Assembly: GCA_002269645.1 (NCBI GenBank)
Contig: NIVC01001089.1
Coordinates: 1 to 64,000, forward strand
Direction: 5' to 3'
Source of the DNA: Macrostomum lignano
Lineage: Eukaryota
Length of the DNA stretch: 64,000 bases
The stretch's first letter is position 1, and each line of letters starts with the position of its first letter. Positions 38,601 to 49,344 of this stretch are shown in pieces. The notes beneath the pieces are model-generated. The model saw nothing but the letters and a program-made list of their open reading frames with translations, did no database searches and was not told the origin of the DNA. The translations under genes were made by a program, and so were the position numbers.

Positions 38601-39659
38601 ATACACTAATGAGGTCCACACTGAAGGATCAGTGAGTTTACATACACTAATGAGGTCCACACTGAAGGATCAGTGGGTGTACATGCACTAATGAGGTCCA
38701 CACTGAAGGATCAGTGAGTTTACATACACTAATGAGGTCCACACTGAAGGATCAGTGGGTCTACATGCACTAATGAGGTCCACACTGAAGGATCAGTGGG
38801 TGTACATGCACTAATGAGGTCCACATTGAAGGATCAGTGGTCGTACATGCACTAATGAGGTCCACACTGAAGGATCAGTGGTTGTACATGCACTAATGAG
38901 GTCCACACTGAAGGATCAGTAGGTGTACATGCACTAATGAGTCCACATTGAAGGATCAGTGAGTTTACATACACTAATGAGGTCCACACTGAAGGATCAG
39001 TGGGTCTACATGCACTAATGAGGTCCACATTGAAGGATCAGTGAGTTTACATACACTAATGAGGTCCACACTGAAGGATCAGTGGTTGTACATGCACTAA
39101 TGAGGTCCACACTGAAGGATCAGTGGTTGTACATGCACTAATGAGGTCCACATTGAAGGATCAGTGAGTTTACATACACTAATGAGGTCCACACGAAGGA
39201 TCAGTGAGTTTACATACACTAATGAGGTCCACACTGAAGGATCAGTGGTGTACATGCACTAATGAGGTCCACACTGAAGGATCAGTGAGTTTACATACAC
39301 TAATGAGGTCCACACTGAAGGATCAGTGAGTTTACATACACTAATGAGGTCCACACTGAAGGATCAGTGGGTGTACATGCACTAATGAGGTCCACACTGA
39401 AGGATCAGTGAGTTTACATACACTAATGAGGTCCACATTGAAGGATCAGTGAGTTTACATACACTAATGAGGTCCACACTGAAGGATCAGTGAGTTTACA
39501 TACACTAATGAGGTCCACACTGAAGGATCAGTGAGTTTACATACACTAATGAGGTCCACACTGAAGGATCAGTGAGTTTACATACACTAATGAGGTCCAC
39601 ACTGAAGGATCAGTGGGTGTACATGCACTAATGAGGTCCACATTGAAGGATCAGTGAGT
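14626..39659. repeat. ~25-kb satellite array, 39-bp unit CTAATGAGGTCCACACTGAAGGATCAGTGGTTACATGCA (39-41 bp variants, roughly 630 copies)
   Basis: Continuous head-to-tail array with a homogeneous centre (e.g. 21.3-22.8 kb) and variant-rich edges. All MRSTLKDQW / TCTNEVHTEG / WTSLVHVTTDP ORFs are translations of the 13-codon unit. Confidence 0.99.
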
Positions 39660-40149
39660 CTATCCTTTAGTGAGGGCCCTTCATCCCAGCCTGACTAAGC
39701 ACTAATTCAAAGAAGACCAGCACTTGATTTTCTATCTGTCTCATCAGGAAGTCCTGCATGAAGGAACTCGATTTCCCCTATTGCCTGCTTCGTGCTCCTC
39801 TGCTTTTGATCTCTTCTGCACCGCTAGGTGCGCGCTTCCGAACTTTGATTAGGAATCTTTTTGAAATTGTGTTTTTGACGACTTTTATGCTTGATTGCCG
39901 CTCTTGTAGGTTTTCGATCATTACGCTGGTAAGAGCAATGATTGTACTTGCGTATTTGATTCAGATAGACACCTGGGCGATTCACTACGAGCGAATTAAC
40001 CCAAAGATGAGCCCATGTGTGTGTGCTTGTTCTCGATAAGGTTTCAAAGTATTTTGTTCACAAGATTTGCGTTATTATACTTGATAGCTGTCCAATTAGA
40101 CTATATGGACTACGTCTCTTTATTTCATTCATCAAATTCGTTTGCTGAT

Positions 40150-41585
40150 TTTTGGTTCCTTCTGATTGATTTGTTGATGCAGTGGTTCCCTCAGATTGAT
40201 TTATTGATGCTGTGGTTCCCTCTGATTGATTTATTGATGCTTTGGTTCCCTCTGAATGATTTACTGATGCAGTGGTTCCTTCAGATTGATTTACTGATGC
40301 TGCGGTTCCCTCTGATTGATTTATTGATGCTGTGGTTTCATTTGGTTGATTTATTGATGCTTTGGTTCCCTCTGATTGATTTATTGATGCAGTGGTTCCC
40401 TCAGATTGATTTATTGATGCTGTGGTTCCCTCTGATTGATTTATTGATGCTTTGGTTCCCTCTGAATGATTTACTGATGCAGTGGTTCCTTCAGATTGAT
40501 TTACTGATGCTGCGGTTCCCTCTGATTGATTTATTGATGCTGTGGTTTCATTTGGTTGATTTATTGATGCTTTGGTTCCCTCTGATTGATTTATTGATGC
40601 AGTGGTTCCCTCAGATTGATTTATTGATGCTGTGGTTCCCTCTGATTGATTTATTGATGCTTTGGTTCCCTCTGAATGATTTACTGATGCAGTGGTTCCT
40701 TCAGATTGATTTACTGATGCTGCGGTTCCCTCTGATTGATTTATTGATGCTGTGGTTTCATTTGGTTGATTTATTGATGCTTTGGTTCCCTCTAATTGAT
40801 TTATTGATGCTGCGATTCCCTCTGATTGATTTATTGATTCTGCGTTCTCTCTGATTGATTTATTGATGCTTTGGTTCCCTCTGATTGATTTACTGATGCT
40901 TTGGTTCCCTCTGATTGATTTATTGATGCTTTGGTTCCCTCTGATTGATTTATTGATGCTTTGGTTCCCTCTGATTGATTTATTGATGCTGCGGTTCTCT
41001 CTGATTGATTTATTGATGCTGCGGTTCCCTCTGATTGATTTATTGATGCTGTGGTTCCTTCTGATTGATTTATTGATGCTGTGGTTCCTTCTGATTGATT
41101 TATTGATGCTGCGGTTCTCTCTGATTGATTTATTGATGCTGCGGTTCCCTCTGATTGATTTATTGATGCGGTGGTTCCCTCTGATTGATTTATTGATGCT
41201 TTGGTTCCCTCTGATTGATTTATTGATGCTGCGGTTCCCTCTGATTGATTTATTGATGCTGCGGTTCTCTCTGATTGATTTATTGATGCTGCGGTTCCCT
41301 CTGATTGATTTATTGATGCTTTGGTTCCCTCTGATTGATTTATTGATGCTGCGGTTCCCTCTGATTGATTTATTGATGCTTTGGTTCCCTCTGATTGATT
41401 TATTGATGCTGCGGTTCCCTCTGGTTGATTTATTGATGCAGTGGTTCCCTCTGATTGATTTATTGATGCTGTGGTTCCTTCAGATTGATTTATTGATGCT
41501 GCGGTTCCCTCTGATTGATTTTTTGATGCTGTGGTTCCTTCAGATTGATGTATTGATGCTGCGGTTCTTTCAGATTGATTTATTG
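40150..41585. repeat. 30-bp minisatellite GGTTCCCTCTGATTGATTTATTGATGCTKY with a 210-bp (7-mer) higher-order repeat
   Basis: Marker AGTGGTTCCCTCAGATTGAT at 40181, 40391 and 40601. Confidence 0.95.
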
Positions 41586-42049
41586 CTTTAGCATCCTCAG
41601 TTTAGTTAATTTTCACAAATCAAATGACGTCAACAGGCAGCCGAATATATTGTACTCGTGAAATTAAAAAAGCAAATAGTTCCAACTGTCAGCTTATAGC
41701 ATATTTTTCAATTTCCGCTAATATATTCTTGTCTAATTGAAACAAATCCGACTGATAATGGATTTGATTTTGAACATATTTGGAATTCTTCCTAGTATCC
41801 TAGTATAAAAAGTTCAAGTTCTCATTTATTTCAACAAAATTCTGGTCGTTAAAAACACTTTTTTTGAAATACAAATCTGTGCAGAATAGCTAAAGAAACT
41901 TTATAACATTTCCCGGCTAAAATGTTGGCATTGATGCAAATTCAAAATTGAGTTTTTCAAGAACTTAAATGAAAGTTAATGTGACCAAATAAACTTTTCA
42001 GCCAGGGGGGCAACGAAGCGGATTCTCTTGCAGGTTGCTGCTAATATTA

Positions 42050-42700
42050 GACGAGAGAAAGAAAGGAGAGAAGAAGAGACTAGAGCAAGGGAGATTAGAG
42101 AAGGGGAGTAGAAAAGATAAGATAAGAGTAGAGAAGGGGAGAGTAGAGAAGAGGAGAGTAGAGAAGGGGAGAGTAGAGAAGAGGAGAGTAGAGATGGGAG
42201 AGTAGAGAAGAGGAGAGTAGAGAAGGGGAGAGTAGAGAAGATGAGAGTAGAGAAGTGGAGAGTAGAGAAGGGGAGAGTAGAGAAGATGAGAGTAGAGGAG
42301 GGGAGAGTAGAGAAGTGGAGAGTAGAGAAGGGGAGAGTAGAGAAGAGGAGAGTAGAGATGGGGAGAGTAGAGAAGAGGAGAGTAGAGATGGGGAGAGTAG
42401 AGAAGGGGAGAGTAGAGAAGATGAGAGTAGAGAAGTGGAGAGTAGAGAAGGGGAGAGTAGAGAAGATGAGAGTAGAGGAGGGGAGAGTAGAGAAGTGGAG
42501 AGTAGAGAAGGGGAGAGTAGAGAAGAGGAGAGTAGAGAAGGGGAGAGTAGAGAAGGGGAGAGTAGAGAAGTGGAGAGTAGAGGAGGGGAGAGTAGAGAAG
42601 GGGAGAGTAGAGAAGGGGAGAGTAGAGAAGTGGAGAGTAGAGCAGGGGAGAGTAGAGAAAGTAGAGAATTGGGGTAGAATAGGAATAGAATAGTAAAATA
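42050..42700. repeat. 15-bp polypurine minisatellite GGGAGAGTAGAGAAG with a 180-bp duplication
   Basis: The 60-nt lines starting at 42241 and 42421 are identical. Confidence 0.93.
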
Positions 42701-43074
42701 GAGAGCAGAGGGCAGACGAACAACGTCACTGACAGCGGTATATGAATATGAGAATATCTCAGACAAAACCAGTCGTAATCAAGCCAAGCACCGGACAAGA
42801 CGGAATTTAAGCAATTTGTTCGCTTCGTCTGACAAAATAATGCGAATTCCTGCGGGAAGCCCCGACCCACATGCCTTTCCTGTGACGCAGCTCGGGTTGC
42901 TCGACAGGGACATCTGCTCGCTATCATAATTACGAGTAAATTATAATTACCTGCATTAGAGGTGCGGTTTGTGTTACCCGGTCTTGTGCGGCGCGAATCA
43001 GATATAACAGCAGGTGACAGACAGCCCGCTTCTGACCTCGCTTTAATAGCATGCCCTCTCGCCTGCCTATATGC

Positions 43075-43720
43075 ACCCCTCTTTCCTCTCTCACCCTCTA
43101 CCTCTCCTCCCTCTTCTCCTCTCTCTTCCTCTCCTCTCTCTTCCTCTCCTCTCTCTTCCTCTCCTCTCTCTTCCTCTCCTCTCTCTTCCTCTCCTCTCTC
43201 TTCCTCTCCTCTCTCTTCCTCTCCTCTCTCTTCCTCTCCTCTCTCTTCCTCTCCTCTCTCTTCCTCTCCTCTCTCTTCTTCTCCTCTCTCTTCCTCTCCT
43301 CTCTCTTCCTCTCCTCTCTCTTATTCTCCTCTCTCTCTTCTTCTCCTCTCTCTTCCTCTCCTCTCTCTTCCTCTCCTCTCTCTTCCTCTCCTCTCTCTTC
43401 CTCTCCTCTCTCTTCTTCTCCTCTCTCTTCCTCTCCTCTCTCTTCCTCTCCTCTCTCTTCCTCTCCTCTCTCTTCCTTTCCTCTCTCTTCCTCTCCTCTC
43501 TCTTCTTCTCCTCTCTCTTCCTCTCCTCTCTCTTCCTTTCCTCTCTCTTCCTCTCCTCTCTCTTCCTCTCCTCTCTCTTCCTTTCCTCTCTCTTACTCTG
43601 CTCTCTCTTCTTCTCCTCTCTCTTCTTCTTCTCTCTCTTCTTCCTCTCCTCTCTATTTTTCTACTTCTCTCTCTTTATCTACCGCTCGCCCTCTTTCTCC
43701 CCAGGCTACTTCTTCTCTAC
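43075..43720. repeat. 15-bp polypyrimidine minisatellite CTCTCTTCCTCTCCT
   Basis: Direct inspection; the SSPLS and poly-Leu ORFs are artefacts. Confidence 0.93.
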
Positions 43721-44280
43721 CCTCTTTAAATCTCCAATACTCCTTCCTACCTCTCACCATATTTCTCTCTTTTATATCTCACTGCAGTGTCTGCATCTCT
43801 CCTAACCCTCCCTACCTCTCTCCTTTCATCCAATATAGCTCGCCTTCTCCCACTGCTCAACTCCAAGCAATTTGTCATTCTCCCCCCTTCTCGCCTCTCA
43901 TCTTCTCATGCCCGAATCTTGCTGATTTTCCATCCCCTCCGACAGCTGCAGTCATGCAGGCTTCCTCCAACCAGACAACCTGCTTCGTGCGCCAGCTCTC
44001 GGCCAAAGTTCAGCGGCTCAGCGAAAGCACACTTGAACCCCTCCCTAGAAGCAGTCTATTGGCTCTCGTTGGATGAAAGGCCAGCTGGGGATATCTGCCG
44101 CTCTGAGCAGTCCGCACCTGCCTATTTGAGTGGTTCGATGTTTTACGTAGAGGCAGAGAAAAATTACCTTGTTTACTTTCAGCTCGAGATTTTTGCTCCG
44201 CATCATTCTGGTTCAGTTGAGAGCTCACCTGCTTCTAGCTGATAAACTGCCGAACAAGGTAGGAGACTTGTTGAACTTCA

Positions 44281-44676
<396 letters not shown>

Positions 44677-45279
44677 GAACAGTAATGCTAAAATCTCAAT
44701 GCTTTTTCTGTTTTTGTCTCCTGTCAGGCTGTTTACCCCTCAGCCTAGTCAAGGCATAGCTGGGTCAGCAGCGATACGAATTTATTATGCTCCTTCTTCA
44801 ATTCTCGCGAGTTCTGCCCCCAAGGGGTGGCCAGTTGTCTCAGTTCCAGCTAGTATTCTCAGTTTCCAACTCGGCAAGAAAGTAGCAAGCACAAGGTAGC
44901 CTTCTCGGGCCTAGGGCAAGCGCCTGACCTGACAAAAGTACTAAACCTGTCTCAGGGATTCGCACCTGCCTTCCTCAGAGGCTGAGGAAGCAGCATCTGC
45001 CAAGCGAGAAGTTGGCGCAGATGGCCCAGGGTAGAGAGGACTGGTATGAGCTAGATAGGTAGGATTTAAGAGTAAACTATTGTCAAATTAGGATTAGCTA
45101 ATGCTGACACATGCTCGCGCGAAATCAATTTTTTATTCAATGCATCATTTTACGATTTATTGCGTAATCATTGCACAGGTGTTTTTGATTTGTTACAGTT
45201 AAGCAAAACCACAGATAAAGAAGGCACAATAATCAATGGAAAATATTGTGTAAACAAAGCAACTCGTAAACGAAGGCAC

Positions 45280-46162
45280 AGATAAACGAAGGCATAGATA
45301 AACAAAGGCATAGATAAACAAAGGCATAGATAAACAAAGGCATAGATAAACAAAGGCATAGATAAACAAAGGCATAGATAAACAAAGGCATAGATAAACG
45401 AAGTCATAGATAAACAAAGGCATAGATAAACGAAGTCATAGATAAACAAAGGCATAGATAAACAAACTATATAAACAAAGGCATAGGTAAACGAAGTCAT
45501 AGATAAACAAAGGCATATATAAACGAAGTCATAGATAAACAAAGGCATAGATAAAAAAGGCATAGATAAACGAAGACATAGATAAACAAAGGCATAGATA
45601 AACAAAGGCATAGATAAACAAAGGCATAGATAAACGAAGTCATAGATAAACAAAGGCATAGATAAACGAAGTCATAGATAAACGAAGTCATAGATAAACA
45701 AAGGCATAGAAAAACAAAAGGCATAGATAAACGAAGGCATAGATAAACAAAGGCATAGATAAACGAAGTCATAGATAAACGAAGTCATAGATATACAAAG
45801 GCATAGAAAAACAAAAGGCATAGATAAACGATCTCATAGAAAAACAAAAGGCATAGATAAACGATGTCATAGATAAACAAAAGGCATAGATAAACGATCT
45901 CATAGATAAACAAAGGCATAGATAAACGAAGTCATAGATAAACAGAGGCATAGATAAACAAAGGCATAGATAAACGAAGTCATAGATAAACAAAGGCATA
46001 GATAAACGAAGACATAGATAAACGAAGGCATAGATAAACGAAGTCATAGATAAACAAAGGCATAGATAAACGAAGTCATAGATAAACAAAGGCATAGATA
46101 AACAAGGGCATAGATAAACAAAGGCATAGATAAACGAAGTCATAGATAAACAAAGGCATAGA
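45280..46162. repeat. 16-bp minisatellite CATAGATAAAC(AAAGG/GAAGT)
   Basis: Direct inspection. Confidence 0.95.
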
Positions 46163-46804
46163 TATGCAGGTGCAATGTCCGAAGGCAAAGACAGTAGTCA
46201 AATGAGAAATGAAGCACGAAGCAAGCCTAATCCTGCAGTGAAAGAAATTCAATCCGATGGCAGTGTGCGAGGGCTCCAAGACTATAATAGCAGCCGTTAA
46301 CCCCAACTGCATTAGGTGGCTCAATTAGACGGCTTTGCCAAAAAGATGGGAGGGAAAATTATGTGAATATACAGTTTTGCTTGACCAGTCTTCCCCGGTC
46401 CTCAGCAGGTATGAAAAGCAAAAGATAAATGATGTGTTTTTCGTCGGATAACATTTTCTAAAAATAGTTGAATCTGTTGAAGATAGGAAAAGGAAAAAAT
46501 AAATTCAGTTTAACAGTATATTTACGTACGATGCAAATATAAGTACAAAATCTACAATATTTAAGGTTGATAAACAAGTTTTAAAGACACTCAGCTCTGC
46601 TTCCGACCCAACCAAGTCTTAAGGAAATCAAAAAAATAAGTTCATTAGCCATCCACGGGCCTCTCTAGATAGAAGCGGAGTCTTCAAAGGGAAAAAGGAA
46701 TTAAAGTTAAATATCTATGTTGTAATGTCTAATCATCATAGCTGCCGTGTTATCAAGCCGAGTTTCACATATAAGGGAGATGAAACCCAACCTCTGTGAA
46801 TAAT

Positions 46805-47608
46805 GAAACGAGGGAAGGACAACCCTCAGGAACGAGGGAAGGACAACCCTCGGTGGACACTGTATCGAGGGAAGGACAACCCTCAGGAACGAGGGAAGGA
46901 TACCCTCAGGAACGAGGGAAGGACAACCCTCAGTAACGAGGGAAGGATACCCTCAGGAACGAGGGAAGGACAACCCTCAGTAACGAGGGAAGGATACCCT
47001 CAGGAACGAGGGAAGGACAACCCTCGGTGGACACTGTATCGAGGGAAGGACAACCCTCAGGAAAGAGGGAAGGACAACCCTCAGGAACGTGGGAAGGATA
47101 CCCTCAGGAACGAGGGAAGGACAACCCTCAGGAACGTGGGAAGGATACCCTCAGGAACGAGGGAAGGACAACCCTCAGTAACGAGGGAAGGATACCCTCA
47201 GGAACGAGGGAAGGACAACCCTCGGTGGACACTGTATCGAGGGAAGGACAACCCTCAGGAAAGAGGGAAGGACAACCCTCAGGAACGTGGGAAGGATACC
47301 CTCAGGAACGAGGGAAGGACAACCCTCGGTGGACACTGTATCGAGGGAAGGACAACCCTCAGGAAAGAGGGAAGGACAACCCTCAGGAACGTGGGAAGGA
47401 TACCCTCAGGAAAGAGGGAAGGACAACCCTCGGTGGACACTGTATCGAGGGAAGGACAACCCTCAGGAACGAGGGAAGGACAACCCTCAGGAATGAGGGA
47501 AGGACAACCCTCAGGAAAGAGGGAAGGACAACCCTCAGGAACGTGGGATACCCTCAGGAAAGAGGGAAGGACAACCCTCGGTGGACACTGTATCGAGGGA
47601 AGGACAAC
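46805..47608. repeat. Composite minisatellite of 23/24/33-bp units (GGGAAGGACAACCCTCAGGAACGA and variants)
   Basis: Direct inspection; each unit has a CCCTC-N6-GAGGG inverted repeat. Confidence 0.93.
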
Positions 47609-47809
47609 AGAAGTTAAGAAGACCGAAAATATGTGAGCTTTTAAGAAATTAGGGTCTCAATAATACTACTTTTCTTACACATTGCAGTAGTCTGGCACGT
47701 ATTTTTGTAAAAAATTCAATAAAAATGCTTTCTGATGGATATTGCAAGAAACTTGAATCAGTTCACTCACTCTTCGAATATCTGGTCAATACTACGAGCT
47801 CTCAACACT

Positions 47810-48111
47810 GGGGTTGGAGCCTAGTGGTTAGAGCGTCGGACTAACGACTGAAAGGTCGTAGGTTCGATTCTCGACCTACTCGGTCAACAATTTGTGTCCT
47901 TGAGCAAGACATTTAACTTTGCATTGCTTCAGTTCACCCAGCTGTAAAATGGGTGCCAGCATTAGCTGTGGTAATGGAGGTTGTGTGTGGCGACCCCCAG
48001 TCTTTGGACTGAACAGCCGTACGCAGCCTTCAGATGCGCCGCGCAATAGCTGCGGCTGAGCTGTCGGTTGCACATCTGCCTATTAAGGCAGGTGTAATCA
48101 GTTATTATTAT
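47810..48111 (+). mobile_element. tRNA-derived CORE-type SINE, copy 1
   Basis: A-box TAGTGGTTAGAGC and B-box GGTTCGATTC. Central TGTGTCCTTGAGCAAGACATTTAAC...TCAGTTCACCCAGCTGTAAAATGGG resembles the MIR CORE domain. 3' stem-loop and (TTA)n tail. Homologous to 59958-60245 and 63048-63356. Confidence 0.85.
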
Positions 48112-48144
48112 CTCACCTCACACTGCAGACTCGCACCAGCAGAG

Positions 48145-49344
48145 ATGAACGCGAATTTCACGACTGCCACAAATCTGACTGATCCATCAGCGTCAATGCA
48201 GCTGTACCTGAGGCACTTGATGTCCGCTCACCGCGAGGCCCTGTTAAACCGGCCGCTGGCCTTCAGCCTCACCGCCTGCCTGTCCGTCTTGGCCCTCGCT
48301 GGCACCATTGGCAACCTGCTGGTCATCGCTTTCTTCGTGCGCACCCTGAAGGACTGGCCGTCAAATGTGTACGTAGTGGTCCTGGCCGTGCTGGACTTGC
48401 TCGTCTGCTGCGTAGTGATCCCGGCGACAATTTACCAGGACATCTGGCAGGGCGCCAGCACCGACTTTTCCTGCAAGGCGTTGCATCTTCTCCGCAGCTG
48501 CTTGATTCCAGCCTCCGCCTGCCTGCTCTGCCTCATCGCCGTGGACAGGTTCCTGTTGATTTGCTTCGTGCCGGCGGTGCAGATCCGACCGACTGGCGTC
48601 GCCTTTTGGATCGCCTTCGCTATCGCCATTGGCGCCCTGGCCGGTGCCCCGGTCGGTCTGTCAACCGGCACGCAGAAGCCCGTGCACATGGCGCTGGACT
48701 CCAGCAAGCCGGTCATGCTGGTGCACGAAGGCCGACGTTGCCAAGACGATAGCACCGTCATTAGCATCAATGTGCAGCGCATCTTCAAGCTGATCATCAG
48801 CTGCCTATTTGGCTTGACTTTAGTCACGGTTGTGGCTTTCTACATCAAAATTTTCACCTTTGTGCGCAACCGCCAGCTGAAGTGGGTCCGCGCCAGGGCG
48901 CTCCTGGCTGGCGGCGCCGATGGCAAACATAAACGACGCCATCGGCAGCAACAACAGCAGCAACAGCGGCGGCAGAAGAAGTCAATCCAGCTGGCTAAGC
49001 ACCATCGACGGATGCCCGATCAGTGCCGTCAGGGAAGCTCCGAGGCCGCGGAGGACAGCTCGGAGGGCTCGAAAAGACGCCGCCGAGGTCCCACTGTGCG
49101 TCACTGCTCAACGGGTCGAAGCGAGATCGAAATGACTGAATGCACCTCGTTCGGCACGTCGCACGGACAGAAGCGCAACTCTGACGCAGTGTCGACCTCG
49201 CTAGCGCCCGCCACCGTGCTAGCGGTGGCTTCAGTCTCGGACCTGCCGCAGTTCAGCTTGTCCGTTGAGACGCCAGGGCAAACCGCTTCAGCTGACGCAG
49301 TTACGTCGACTGACGACTCACCAGAAAAAAAATCGGCAGTTAAT
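48145..49344 (+). CDS. GPCR exon 1 (N-terminus, TM1-TM5, first half of ICL3)
   Basis: First ATG after the SINE (GAGATGAAC); donor at 49345. Confidence 0.88.

Noticed and set aside
14626-39659. CRISPR-like array (constant repeat plus variable spacer)
   Set aside because: The variable parts are 10-12 nt and drawn from about a dozen recurring, mutually related variants rather than unique spacers. The context is eukaryotic and there are no cas genes.
14626-39659. Long ORFs (up to 559 aa) of MRSTLKDQWLHAL / TCTNEVHTEGSVV / WTSLVHVTTDPSV repeats
   Set aside because: The 39-bp unit is 13 codons, so several frames are open automatically. Frequent 40/41-bp units shift frames at random, showing no coding constraint.
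14626-39659. Hammerhead ribozyme resemblance (CTAATGAG..GAAG versus CUGAUGAG..GAAA)
   Set aside because: The catalytic G5 equivalent is A and A15.1 is G. Stem II is only 3 bp and no credible stem I/III or NUH site can be drawn. An Infernal/RNAMotif search would settle it.
44890-45060. Remnant of the RTE non-LTR retrotransposon ORF C-terminus (GKRLT*..CLRD; LAQMAQGREDWYEL)
   Set aside because: The similarity is short, split over frames with stops, and no RT motifs are nearby. It needs blastx/Dfam support.
47810-47885. Functional tRNA genes at the SINE heads (47.8, 60.2, 63.3 kb)
   Set aside because: Acceptor and anticodon stems do not close, and each head continues into the same SINE body.
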